Source of the DNA: a virus
Lineage: Duplodnaviria; Caudoviricetes
DNA: 64,000 bases
Strand: one strand, 5' to 3'
Virus record (IMG/VR): IMGVR_UViG_3300035208_002958
Coordinates: 1 to 64,000 of that record
Below, piece after piece: positions 19,310 through 29,542 of this stretch. Numbering within the stretch: position 1 is the stretch's first letter; every line of letters starts with the position of its first letter. A model generated the notes under the pieces. It saw nothing but the letters and a program-made list of their open reading frames with translations. It was not told the origin of the DNA and made no database searches. A program made the translations under genes and the position numbers.

Positions 19310-20257
19310 TTAGTTCTCCTTGAAAATCAGCCACCCGATGACACCAACAACAGCACAGCCAACCAGAACCCACATGAAAATTGCGAATCCAGACGTTCCT
19401 TCGTGATGCACTACGGTATGCTGGGCAGGAACAGGTGCAACGTATGGCTGATGATAGACAGGACGACCGTAGGCATCGTAGTCACCATAACCATACGCAT
19501 TCATCCGAGCAGCATCTGCAATCATATGAGCGGTAGTCAAAGTAACGAAAGCGTTAGTCATAGGGTCCATGTAACCGTAGCCATAACCGCCACCGGGGAG
19601 TGCATGATAGGTAACATTCACATTGCGACCACCAGTGGATACAGTCTGAGGAATGTAGTCAGGGCGGGTTGCAGGGGGAGTCGAGGATGTATAAGTATTC
19701 TGGGATGCCATCTTCTGGCGGTATGCGGTTTCCGCAGCGGCCTTGGTGCCATACTTCTTACCAGCTTCGTTGTTCTGCGATAACAGGGCATTTTTCTTGG
19801 CCAGCTTCTGGTCAAGTGCAGTCTTCGGGGTAGTAGATGTAGCAGGTGTAGTAGCAGTTGTCTTTGCAGGAGCAAACCCCGTAGTGGCCTTGGTAGTAGT
19901 TGCATTGGTTGCAGGTGCGACCGTAGTCGTGGTCGGCTTCACCACCGAGGTAGTAGGGGCAGGAGTGGGCTTCACAGTGGCGACAGGCTTTGCAGGGGCA
20001 GGAGTGGGCTTCACAGTGGCGACAGGCTTTGCAGGGGCAGGAGCGGGTTTGGACGAGAGCCAGCCGCTAGTGGACTTGGAGGTACTTCCGTAGGACTTGG
20101 AGCTACTTCCCCACGAGGACTTCGATCCCCCACCGGAAGATTTGGAACCATAGGACTTCGATCCCCCGCCGGAAGATTTGGAACCATAGGACTTCGCTGC
20201 GACATCAGTTGCGATGAAAAGCAGCAGGGCAGTCAGCAGGGTAAATAGTTTTTTCAT
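19310..20257 (-). CDS. Exported low-complexity membrane-anchored protein
   Basis: Signal peptide MKKLFTLL..AAK; 36-bp (KSYGSKSSGGGS) and 39-bp (PAPAKPVATVKPT) tandem duplications; C-terminal TM helix. Confidence 0.75.
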   Translation of the reverse strand: MKKLFTLLTALLLFIATDVAAKSYGSKSSGGGSKSYGSKSSGGGSKSSWGSSSKSYGSTSKSTSGWLSSKPAPAPAKPVATVKPTPAPAKPVATVKPTPAPTTSVVKPTTTTVAPATNATTTKATTGFAPAKTTATTPATSTTPKTALDQKLAKKNALLSQNNEAGKKYGTKAAAETAYRQKMASQNTYTSSTPPATRPDYIPQTVSTGGRNVNVTYHALPGGGYGYGYMDPMTNAFVTLTTAHMIADAARMNAYGYGDYDAYGRPVYHQPYVAPVPAQHTVVHHEGTSGFAIFMWVLVGCAVVGVIGWLIFKEN

Positions 20258-20395
20258 CGGGTCTCCTTTTTGATGATGAAGTGTCTCTTCGATAAGGATA
20301 ATTATAGAAAATTTTTCGTCTTTGTCAATCAAGAAAAATAAAAAAGATCCCCACGAGGAGATCTTTTAATATAGAAAGAAATAATCAGTTGTCAA

Positions 20396-21004
20396 TTAGT
20401 ATGTTCGAGTACGGCCTCGTGCCATATCATGAACTCGATTTACGTTGAATCCACGTGGGATTTCATCATTGTAGTTTCTTACCTCATCACTCCAGTATCC
20501 ATGAGATTTAATCAAGTCAGCCATTTTAGCTACATAGGGTTCATATTCGGAATAATCTTCTTCTGGTTCTTCTTCACCATAGAAAGCACGTTCAATATCA
20601 TCTGGATGTTCTAGATCACTGAGATCATCGTCATCGTGAAGAAGATGGAATCCTTCGATTATTGTATCAATGGCAGATGAATTGACATCAGTTCTTAGAG
20701 CTTCAAGAAGTCCGATAAACTTTGCATCACGGGATTCACCCATAGCAACAGCACCATCGCCGCTACCCGCTGGCATTGTCATTTCACCCGCACCACCCAC
20801 TGTGCTGCTCATTGTATTCTTCATGGCTGGATCGAATACAGGACCCCAACCACGTTTTGTCCATGCTCCACTAAAATTGCGTTTCTTTTTCTTGTCTTTC
20901 TCAGCATAGGGCATCTGGAAGGTAGAATTGAATGTACTGCCAGTGTCACCATTGGCATTGAAAATATCACTGAATGTTCGTCTTTTTGCGATCTGCATAT
21001 TCAT
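20396..21004 (-). CDS. Putative late/virion internal protein
   Basis: TATAAACT at 21027..21034 (-); shared motif. Confidence 0.5.
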   Translation of the reverse strand: MNMQIAKRRTFSDIFNANGDTGSTFNSTFQMPYAEKDKKKKRNFSGAWTKRGWGPVFDPAMKNTMSSTVGGAGEMTMPAGSGDGAVAMGESRDAKFIGLLEALRTDVNSSAIDTIIEGFHLLHDDDDLSDLEHPDDIERAFYGEEEPEEDYSEYEPYVAKMADLIKSHGYWSDEVRNYNDEIPRGFNVNRVHDMARGRTRTY

Positions 21005-21111
21005 ACCATAAATTCGCTTTGATAATAGTTTATAACATCCAGATTCTGCGAATAAAATGGTACATGAAAGTGCGATAACATATATTATCTTTATAAAAAT
21101 GGAATATATTC

Positions 21112-23349
21112 ATGCGGCAAATTAAAGTACTGATAGCAATGCCCATTTATAAGCGGGAATTACTTGCTCTCAATTCAATTAGATCATTAATCGACACTAC
21201 CGAACCGGACGAACGAATCAATCTTAAGATTGCATTCGGTGTCAATGAGATGAATACTGAACTTGAGAGATACTTAACCGATCTCCAAGAAAATCCCGGT
21301 AAATTTCAACTAGCCATTCATAACTTCCATACCAATCTCGGTAAAGCACGAGCGGTCAATAAAATCGCAGCACTTGAGAATTATGATTTCGATTACATCG
21401 TAAGCATTGATAGCGACATGGTGTGTATCGACCCCAAGTGGTTGAGCAAAATGGTTACGGTTTATCTCAACTACAATAAGAAGCCAGAGATCGTAAGTAG
21501 CAAAGGCCCCGTTAGACTTGGTAGCCTATGCACAAACCAGCTAGGGTATAACGTTCATATGTGCACGAATCCGATTCGAGTGAAAGTGGGACCATATACA
21601 ATCATCTCTTCTGCTGGTAACTACGGAGTTGCGGGTGGTGTGTTGATGAGTGATGTACAAACATGGAAACAACTCAAAGGCTACAGAGCAACTAAAGTAT
21701 ATGGAACCGATGATGGTCACTACAATGGTGACTGTGCCACCAATAATAAATTGGCGGGTTATCTGAATGAAGTAAGTTTCTATCACCCATATGAATTCAA
21801 TGATGTATATCGACAGTGGAAAAATTCCATTGTTACACAACGAGAAACAGGAACTATGAACACACTATTCTATAAAAACGGAAACGCAGAAGCAACCGCA
21901 TTTGCAAATCAGATTAAACGAGTTGGCATCGACATTCGAATTCGAGCAACTGATATGCACGATAAGTATCAGTTCGTTGATGCCAATAATGTTATCTATC
22001 AGAACGATGAAGCATACCGAAAGGTGCAAGCCTTGATCCCAACGAATGGTAATACCATAGAACCACGGGGTCGCATTCATATCCTCTGGGCAACGACCCG
22101 TCCAGAAATGTTCAAAGCTACTCACAAAGAGTGGATTGAGAACGCAGCCTACAAATACAAGATTACAACAAAAGTAGCTGTGGATAAAGAAGCCGATGCA
22201 ATGCAACTTTCGGGGTATGATGTCATGGTGACTAACAACACCAAACCCGGAGTTTGCTATCCTTCGTATTGTTTGAGTAGCACTCTCGAAGGAAATGACG
22301 AAGATATCGTGGTGTTCGCATCGGATGATTTCTATCCTCCTGTGGGTTGGGATTCTTTCCTCGCCACTCAGATGAATAACGAATCTGATAAGGTTCTTGT
22401 TGTTAATGATGGTATCCAGATGTTCCCGAATAAGGTTGTAACACTTCCTATCATGCACTATGGTGCATTGAAGAAAATGAACAAGGTTATCTATCATCCA
22501 GCATATACTCATATGCATTCAGATGTTGAGCTGTACACCACCGCAGAACGAATGGGATTGATTAAAGATATCCGCAGAAATACATCAACTGAATTCCAAC
22601 ATAGACACTACTCGGTCAATCTGCGTGAGATCGATGAATCCGATACTAAACTGAATCCTTCATACGAACTTGATGGACAGTTGAATAAGGTTCGTGTCAG
22701 AATGCCAATATCGGATCTGCTGAAAGTTGATAAATCCATTGACGCTGAAGTGGCTAAGGTTGTCAAACAAAATAAGATGAACAATATTGACCTATCCATT
22801 TTGGTTTGCACCACCACCGCACGTAAACATTTCCTTGATCGATTCATCGATGCTATCACACCTCAGTTGAATTATCGAGTAGAACTACTAGTGGAATCCG
22901 ATAATGGTACAATGGCAATTGGTAGAAAACGAAATATCTTACTTGATAAAGCCAAGGGTAAATACATTTGTTATTTCGATGATGATGATCTTCCGTCTGA
23001 TGATTACGTTGCAAAGATTTTGAAAGCAATTGAATCAAATCCTGATTGTTGTAGCCTTGAAGGGCTTTACACAGTTGATGGTAATAACCCTACACTCTTT
23101 AGACACTCTCTTGATTATAAACAATGGGAAACTGCAAACGAAAATGGAAAAACGGTATATTATCGGTGTCCCAATCATTTGAATGCAGTGAAACGAGATA
23201 TTGCACTCAAAGTACGATTTGATGATAGACGTTCTAACGGGGAAGATAAAGATTACTCTGATCGTATTCGACCTCACCTGAAAACCGAGAGTAAAATCGA
23301 AGGCGTTATCTATCACTATTTGTTCTTGAATGTGAAAAAGGGATATTGA
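21112..23349 (+). CDS. Multi-domain GT-A (GT2-like) glycosyltransferase
   Basis: Three DxD/DD-type modules (IDSD, ASDD, FDDDD), GEDKDY. Confidence 0.8.
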   Translation: MRQIKVLIAMPIYKRELLALNSIRSLIDTTEPDERINLKIAFGVNEMNTELERYLTDLQENPGKFQLAIHNFHTNLGKARAVNKIAALENYDFDYIVSIDSDMVCIDPKWLSKMVTVYLNYNKKPEIVSSKGPVRLGSLCTNQLGYNVHMCTNPIRVKVGPYTIISSAGNYGVAGGVLMSDVQTWKQLKGYRATKVYGTDDGHYNGDCATNNKLAGYLNEVSFYHPYEFNDVYRQWKNSIVTQRETGTMNTLFYKNGNAEATAFANQIKRVGIDIRIRATDMHDKYQFVDANNVIYQNDEAYRKVQALIPTNGNTIEPRGRIHILWATTRPEMFKATHKEWIENAAYKYKITTKVAVDKEADAMQLSGYDVMVTNNTKPGVCYPSYCLSSTLEGNDEDIVVFASDDFYPPVGWDSFLATQMNNESDKVLVVNDGIQMFPNKVVTLPIMHYGALKKMNKVIYHPAYTHMHSDVELYTTAERMGLIKDIRRNTSTEFQHRHYSVNLREIDESDTKLNPSYELDGQLNKVRVRMPISDLLKVDKSIDAEVAKVVKQNKMNNIDLSILVCTTTARKHFLDRFIDAITPQLNYRVELLVESDNGTMAIGRKRNILLDKAKGKYICYFDDDDLPSDDYVAKILKAIESNPDCCSLEGLYTVDGNNPTLFRHSLDYKQWETANENGKTVYYRCPNHLNAVKRDIALKVRFDDRRSNGEDKDYSDRIRPHLKTESKIEGVIYHYLFLNVKKGY

Positions 23350-23350
23350 A

Positions 23351-24019
23351 ATGAGACCGAACGCAAAACAAGAACAGAGAGATAAAGAAAAACGGGAATT
23401 AGCCAAGCTAATTGATGAAGGTAAACTAGAACGCAAGCCAATTGATGCGTTAACTGATTTTACTGGGTATATCAAATCTAATTTCCCGAAATCAATATCA
23501 TCTCCATTTTACGATATTAATAAAAACAAATTGATAAATGTTGATAATGCTAAAGTGAATCTAGCGTTGTTCTATGATATCATGGCAAAGTATGAATTCG
23601 AATATAGGCTTGTATTCGGAACTCTTCTGGGTATATACAGAGATGGTGATTTAATTAAGCATGACCAAGATATTGATATCGGCATAAGACCTTCACAGCT
23701 ACCAGTATTGGAAAAAGCATTACCTGAACTATGTGAAAATGGATTCAATGTCACAAGGTACAGTAAGAACATGCTGGTGTCTTTGTCACGCAATGATGAA
23801 TATATTGACCTTTACATTTTCAACAATCAATCGAATGGTACATACACATGTGGTATGTACAAATTATGGGATGAAGATTTTACATCACCTACTGAACTCG
23901 ATTTCATGGATCGCAGATTCAAAACTGTTGCTAAAATAGAACCATTCCTTGTGACATATTATGGTTTGAGTTGGAAAACTCCAATCAAAGGCATTTCAGC
24001 TAACCCAAAAAACAGGTAA
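23351..24019 (+). CDS. LicD-family nucleotidyl/phosphotransferase
   Basis: GTLLG.YR....I.HD.DIDIG. Confidence 0.85.
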   Translation: MRPNAKQEQRDKEKRELAKLIDEGKLERKPIDALTDFTGYIKSNFPKSISSPFYDINKNKLINVDNAKVNLALFYDIMAKYEFEYRLVFGTLLGIYRDGDLIKHDQDIDIGIRPSQLPVLEKALPELCENGFNVTRYSKNMLVSLSRNDEYIDLYIFNNQSNGTYTCGMYKLWDEDFTSPTELDFMDRRFKTVAKIEPFLVTYYGLSWKTPIKGISANPKNR

Positions 24020-24023
24020 CATA

Positions 24024-24626
24024 ATGGATTTAGACTACTGGGAACAATACTATGAAAAACATCCAGAGGCATTTGAGCCTTCGGACTTCGCAAAATTCGT
24101 GACGAAATATATCAACGAAGGTGACTACTTGATTGATCTCGGATGCGGAAATGCACGTGATTCGATATTCTTCAGCACTGTTGGCATTGATATACTGGGA
24201 GTAGATCAATGTATCAATCAAATTAATCGGTTAGAACGCATGCATGGAAATGCATCACTACATTTTGAAGCTGGTAACTTTACTGAACTAAACGGAATGG
24301 TAGTCGATCATGCGTACTCCAGATTTACTTTACATTCAATTGATGAACAATCAGAAGACAAATTAATTGAGTGGGCATCGAAATGGGTTGACAAATATTT
24401 TTTCATTGAGACCCGAAGTGATAAAGACAAATTGAATGGCGTGACCACCGATCATTATAGACGATTTATCAATATGAACACACTGATACAGAAATTGATA
24501 ACAGCCGGATTTGAAATCGAATACGCTGAACTATCTAGAAATTTTTCCAGATATGATACCAAGTATGGGGTTGACTACAATGAAGATGATCCTATGTTAA
24601 TTAGAATAGCAGCTCGAAAGCAATGA
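24024..24626 (+). CDS. Class I SAM-dependent methyltransferase
   Basis: IDLGCGNARD, YSRFTLH. Confidence 0.85.
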   Translation: MDLDYWEQYYEKHPEAFEPSDFAKFVTKYINEGDYLIDLGCGNARDSIFFSTVGIDILGVDQCINQINRLERMHGNASLHFEAGNFTELNGMVVDHAYSRFTLHSIDEQSEDKLIEWASKWVDKYFFIETRSDKDKLNGVTTDHYRRFINMNTLIQKLITAGFEIEYAELSRNFSRYDTKYGVDYNEDDPMLIRIAARKQ

Positions 24627-25390
24627 TAAATATAGTCACTATCCATCATGGAAATTCCAAGTTCATCGATGTACAAGAAGCCTATCTGAAAAAGTATACT
24701 AATGAAGGATACCGAGTATTTGCTGGGCTATCCAATTGTGCATCTGATTACAAAACAAAACATTATTCAGTTGATACATTGAATGGTGTATCTGGACATC
24801 ATCATTTGCGTATGAACCATTTATCAAAAAAAGTTCTACAAACTGCTAATCCAAATGACTTACTTGTATTTATGGATGGGGACGCATTTCCAGTAAAACC
24901 GTGGGTAGCTGATATTCGAAAGTTGTTACAAACGAATAAAATTGTGGCGGTGCAACGAAACGAAATCGGAGATACATTTCCACATCCAATATTTTTATGC
25001 ACCACCGTCAAATTCTGGAAAGAAAATAATCTGTCATGGGAGTTCACTTACAAGAACATTGTAAAAACACAAACATCCGGTCCTGCACTCGAAGCATGGA
25101 TCAACGAACATAAAATCCAGTGGCATCCGTTAAATAAGACAAATAAAATAATGACGCACCCTATTTTCTTTGCCGTATATGAGTATATTTATCATCATGG
25201 TGCCGGATTCAGAGAAATGATTACTGGTGTCGATTACAAACGTGATAATTGGAAACTTGGAGTTAGATGGCCGAATTATTTCAAAGTTGCTGATGTCAAT
25301 AAAGAATACAGTGAATTCTTCTTTGAAAAAATAAAGGCCGACCTAGATTTCCCAAACTATTATTTTATTGGAGAACCAAATCCGGTATGA
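24623..25390 (+). CDS. Putative GT-A glycosyltransferase
   Basis: FMDGDAFP DxD motif, YHHGAG; cluster context. Confidence 0.55.
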   Translation: MINIVTIHHGNSKFIDVQEAYLKKYTNEGYRVFAGLSNCASDYKTKHYSVDTLNGVSGHHHLRMNHLSKKVLQTANPNDLLVFMDGDAFPVKPWVADIRKLLQTNKIVAVQRNEIGDTFPHPIFLCTTVKFWKENNLSWEFTYKNIVKTQTSGPALEAWINEHKIQWHPLNKTNKIMTHPIFFAVYEYIYHHGAGFREMITGVDYKRDNWKLGVRWPNYFKVADVNKEYSEFFFEKIKADLDFPNYYFIGEPNPV

Positions 25391-26232
25391 GAATACTAGT
25401 GGCAGCATTGTACGTGCGTGGAATCGTCTCTGAAGGCGGGTCCAGTTTCTATATGAAGTGCATAATCGACAACCTCCGAGAGATGGGGCATCAGGTTCAT
25501 GTTACTGATTGCCCTTCGATGACACCACTCAGATCATACGATTTAATCATATGCAGTCACAACGAAATTCTCAGGCAATTGTCTCGATTCAATGTTCCAA
25601 AAGTATGTATATCACAGGGTATCCTCAAACAAGAAGAGCTACATGCAGGTGCCGATATCTATTACTCGGTCAGCGAGGAAGCACGAGATCACAATAGGAC
25701 ATTGGGAATTGAAAGTAGCGTGATTGGACAGCCAGTTAATTTACAGTCGATTGTTCCAGTGAACGAATCACTGGAAAACATATTAATTATTCGCAATAAT
25801 GGAACTCTGAATGGAGATGATCCATTCGCATGTCTGACAAACAAATACACAGTCAGAAACAGCGATCCGACTATACCTATTGAAGATCAAATGAAATGGG
25901 CAGATGTATGTGTTACTCTGGGGCGTGGTGCTGTATCTGCTATGTCTTTAGGTCGCCCAGTACTGGTAGCCGACAACAGATTTTATCAGGGTAAAGTAGG
26001 TGATGGATATACCAACCGAAATACACTACATGAAATTGCTAAACATAATTTCTCTGGAAGACGTTACCGATATCCTGTGACTGAAGACTGGCTACTGTCC
26101 GAGTTGGAAAAATATGATCCATCCGACTCTAAAATGGTATATGATTATGTGTGTGAGAATCACGATATGAAAAGAGCCATCACTAGAATATTAAGTGATG
26201 TATCGAATCTCACCGGAAAAGGAATTAAATAA
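25387..26232 (+). CDS. Putative GT-B (GT4-like) glycosyltransferase
   Basis: GG...Y, L..MGH.V, SEE, AD....GRG...AMS.G.PV. Confidence 0.7.
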   Translation: MRILVAALYVRGIVSEGGSSFYMKCIIDNLREMGHQVHVTDCPSMTPLRSYDLIICSHNEILRQLSRFNVPKVCISQGILKQEELHAGADIYYSVSEEARDHNRTLGIESSVIGQPVNLQSIVPVNESLENILIIRNNGTLNGDDPFACLTNKYTVRNSDPTIPIEDQMKWADVCVTLGRGAVSAMSLGRPVLVADNRFYQGKVGDGYTNRNTLHEIAKHNFSGRRYRYPVTEDWLLSELEKYDPSDSKMVYDYVCENHDMKRAITRILSDVSNLTGKGIK

Positions 26233-27002
26233 TGACCCAACAAGAATTCGTAGATCGATATCCACATATCGCATTCAATGATGATCCTCGTAAACGAAAC
26301 AAGGATCATTACTTGTTCCTACTTGACACAGCTTCAATCAGTCCTGCGGGATATGACCCTAAGGTGATTCGATTGTACAAGGGAGTCATCACATGGAATC
26401 CGAAGGTATTCTCCCAGCTAAGCTCATGGGGAGCCAATGTATTCAAGATCGGTGAGTATCCTCGCTTCGAAGATTACGGAACGATTGATGAGTACCCCGC
26501 ATTTGCCCAGAAAGAGGGTATAGCGGTCGTTCAACATAAAGTTCGACACGATATGTCCACCAAACAATCTGAGGTCTTCATGGACATCACAGGCTTCCCT
26601 CATTATGCATATGGGACTGGTGATTTCGGAGGCCGACATCATAAAGGTGAACTGCGAACCAAAGCTGATAAAATCGATGCACTCAGTCGCCATAAATTTG
26701 TGGTATGTTTCGAGAATGTGTATCATCCGTTGTGGTCACACAACTATTTGAGTGAGAATATTTTTGATTGCTTCCGTGCGAAAACGATTCCGATCTATTT
26801 TGGTGCATACAATATCGATGAACTGATTCCTCCCAATTTCTTCATTAACTATAATGATTTCAAAAATGCAGAAGAATTGTCCGAATATTTGCTATCTTTC
26901 GATGAGGATGTCTATTCCGAAATTATCGAGAAATCTTATCAGTGGGCAATCGATAATCAGTGGAATCCAACTCGACTGGTCACCGCATTCAATAAATTAT
27001 GA
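26232..27002 (+). CDS. GT10 (fucosyltransferase-like) protein
   Basis: KF..CFEN....NYLSE.I.D.F.A.TIPIYFGA. Confidence 0.8.
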   Translation: MTQQEFVDRYPHIAFNDDPRKRNKDHYLFLLDTASISPAGYDPKVIRLYKGVITWNPKVFSQLSSWGANVFKIGEYPRFEDYGTIDEYPAFAQKEGIAVVQHKVRHDMSTKQSEVFMDITGFPHYAYGTGDFGGRHHKGELRTKADKIDALSRHKFVVCFENVYHPLWSHNYLSENIFDCFRAKTIPIYFGAYNIDELIPPNFFINYNDFKNAEELSEYLLSFDEDVYSEIIEKSYQWAIDNQWNPTRLVTAFNKL

Positions 27003-27008
27003 GGAGCT

Positions 27009-27530
27009 TTGATGAACCTATACACAGCACCAAATCCGTTTCCCAGAGATGATGGCAAACTGAGTATCTTCCTTGCTGGAAGTATTGAGAATGGGAAAGC
27101 AATGGATTGGCAATCAATTCTTATTGAGAAACTATCCCCTTACGACATCAATGTGTTCAATCCCAGACGTGAGAACTGGGATGCAACTATCACTCAGACC
27201 AAAGATGATCCGATTCTAAATGAGCAAGTGAATTGGGAGCTAGATGCGTTGGAGACAGCAGTATTAATTGTGATGTACCTAGATCCAAATACGAAATCCC
27301 CAATATCTCTTATGGAGTTGGGATTGTTTGCAGCTAAGCCAAAAATGGTAGTATGCTGCCCAGAAGGATTTTACCGAAAAGGTAATGTCGATATCGTATG
27401 TGATCGCCACGGAATTCCATATACCAATGACTTATCTACATTTATTGATAAAATAGTGGAGTTCGTTGACACAGAGATGAAAAACGATACACCACCAAAG
27501 AAAAGTAAAAAAGAAAAGGCTCCTGAGTAG
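27009..27530 (+). CDS. Nucleoside 2-deoxyribosyltransferase-like protein
   Basis: FLAGSI, WQ, NPRR, Q..WE, SPISL.ELG, RKGNV. Confidence 0.85.
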   Translation: MMNLYTAPNPFPRDDGKLSIFLAGSIENGKAMDWQSILIEKLSPYDINVFNPRRENWDATITQTKDDPILNEQVNWELDALETAVLIVMYLDPNTKSPISLMELGLFAAKPKMVVCCPEGFYRKGNVDIVCDRHGIPYTNDLSTFIDKIVEFVDTEMKNDTPPKKSKKEKAPE

Positions 27531-27544
27531 GAGCCTTTCTTTTT
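27514..27544 (+). terminator. Terminator closing the glycosyltransferase operon
   Basis: AAAGGCTCCT-gagt-AGGAGCCTTT followed by a T tract. Confidence 0.75.
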
Positions 27545-27711
27545 ATTCAGCAGTCTTCTTGTCCTGAATATCCACTCGGATATCCAGGAGCCTTGGCTTT
27601 AATATCCTGACATAGCTTACGGGCACGTGTGCCAGCCGACTTATTTCCACCTTCGAACTTAGTGAGTTCGGTTTCGAGGGCGAGTACGAGTGATTTCATT
27701 TCTTCGATCAT
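27543..27711 (-). pseudogene. Histone H1-like Hc1-family protein with a +1 frameshift
   Basis: GNKSAGTRARK motif; homologous-looking tail LDIRVDIQDKKTAE* lies one base out of frame. Confidence 0.7.
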
Positions 27712-27750
27712 GATTGATCTCCTTTCTGTTTCAAGTTAAATATAGCTCAT

Positions 27751-28539
27751 TTATTCGAAAAAGTCCATATTAAATGCACGATAACCATTTTCCCCAACTT
27801 CTCGCCACTTATCACCATCCAGAAGATCCACAATTTTATCGTAAAGGTGCTCTGGGTGCACTTCAAGGATTGCGTCACCGAAATGGTTAAATTGACTGGG
27901 TTCACTGAGAACACATTTCTTGTTGGAAAGCAGGAATGCAATGCGTTCTTGTTCCTGTCGGTGCCACGGTTCGAATGCATGGATGTTGAGAATGATCTTG
28001 CTATTGGCAATGAAATGTTCATTCAACGCAGCATTACATCCAGCCGCTGTGACAACACTGAAACGGTCATATGATTTGAACCGAATATCCGTAATGAGCC
28101 GACCTCGACGTTCGTTTATAAGGCCATAGAACAGGACATCAATCTTTGGATCGGGTACAGGTTCAATGCGTTCAAATGCCGGAACATACTCAATGGGTTG
28201 GACACGATCAACCTCGATATTATGATACAGTCTCATGTATTCACGATTGAGATAATCATAATCCCATAGTTCATCTGCTCCCATCAGATTTTTGCAATAT
28301 AGTTCAACATTCAACCATTGGTTTCCACCGCATAGTTGTTCCCAATTGTACATGACTACATGTTTTCCTTTATGGATTTCTTTGTAGTATGTACATGGAT
28401 TCACTGTCGCAGTAGAAAGTAAGAAAACAAACCCATGATAGTCAGGATTGTCAAACTTATAGCGAACGAATTCCACTAGATTAGTGAAATACTTGTTTGG
28501 GGGAGTTTCCACGATGATGTGGTCAAATTCAAATGTCAT
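27751..28539 (-). CDS. Putative GT-B glycosyltransferase
   Basis: DVLFYG..N.RR, KIILNIH, E..RI..LL.N...VLSE. Confidence 0.6.
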   Translation of the reverse strand: MTFEFDHIIVETPPNKYFTNLVEFVRYKFDNPDYHGFVFLLSTATVNPCTYYKEIHKGKHVVMYNWEQLCGGNQWLNVELYCKNLMGADELWDYDYLNREYMRLYHNIEVDRVQPIEYVPAFERIEPVPDPKIDVLFYGLINERRGRLITDIRFKSYDRFSVVTAAGCNAALNEHFIANSKIILNIHAFEPWHRQEQERIAFLLSNKKCVLSEPSQFNHFGDAILEVHPEHLYDKIVDLLDGDKWREVGENGYRAFNMDFFE

Positions 28540-29066
28540 CGAATCCTCTTTAGATGTTCGAATCCATAGAACCCTGTTTTAACGCCTCTCCGTCTCAGAT
28601 TGGGAGATAGGATCAACTCATCGGATTGATATGTATTCAACACTTCAACGGTTGCGAGACCGCAGATATAGCAGCTCTTATTGTCATAGTGAAATATATT
28701 AATTATTTCGGGATAATGGCTGTTTTTTCGAACAAGAGGGAATTTTCCGTATTCCACGGTTTTGATTCCCAACCGACTTCCGATTCCAATGAGATCAGGA
28801 TAGTCGTAAACATTAGAATCCCCAATCGACCAGTCGATGAACTTCTTTTCCAGATAGATTTCCAGAGCTAGTTCACCCATGATACCTGTGAGGATTCTTT
28901 TGGTAGCCTGTCCACCGTCTTTTACCCAGTGGGCTTCGGACTGTTTGGCCTGAGTCATCATGTCAGACCATTCACACGCTTTCGCAATAAGATCATCGGG
29001 TATCCGTATCTTTACGAAATTACGTGCAAATGGATTTACATGAGTTTCATAATTCGGTGTCATCAC
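28536..29066 (-). CDS. Hypothetical protein, possible PD-(D/E)XK nuclease
   Basis: G..GE.A, PDL....IKT pattern. Confidence 0.4.
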   Translation of the reverse strand: MMTPNYETHVNPFARNFVKIRIPDDLIAKACEWSDMMTQAKQSEAHWVKDGGQATKRILTGIMGELALEIYLEKKFIDWSIGDSNVYDYPDLIGIGSRLGIKTVEYGKFPLVRKNSHYPEIINIFHYDNKSCYICGLATVEVLNTYQSDELILSPNLRRRGVKTGFYGFEHLKRIR

Positions 29067-29464
29067 ACCTCGGCCTTATCAATCAGATTTTCCATCCTCA
29101 CAATAGCATCCTCCATCTGTTCGAGTAATGCTTTCAACGTAGGAATCGTCTCGGCTCGTAGTTCGGTAATCATGTCCATATCGGTGACACCAAGTGCTTC
29201 CCATACCTTGTCGTTCTCCATCATTACAATCGATTTTTCGACTTTGCTGGTAACGAGTTGACGGTATTCGGCCTTCCATGCAGCTCTAAATTCGTCCTTT
29301 ACAGACTCCGGCTGATCTTTCATCATCACCGAAATGAACGCATTCAACTTGGATGTAATCAAGCCAACGGAATTTCCATCCACCAAAATTTCATGATCTT
29401 TGATGGTAGATCCGAGTTCGGGAAGAAGATTGAGGATTTTCTGCATCTGTTCCGTATTGACCAT
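29063..29464 (-). CDS. Hypothetical helical protein
   Basis: First gene after the promoter at 29505..29532. Confidence 0.55.
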   Translation of the reverse strand: MVNTEQMQKILNLLPELGSTIKDHEILVDGNSVGLITSKLNAFISVMMKDQPESVKDEFRAAWKAEYRQLVTSKVEKSIVMMENDKVWEALGVTDMDMITELRAETIPTLKALLEQMEDAIVRMENLIDKAEV

Positions 29465-29542
29465 AAGTAAGCCCTTTGATAAAGTTAAAAATTACCTATC
29501 AACTAATATAGAAAAAGATTGCTATATGTCAAATGATAATGG

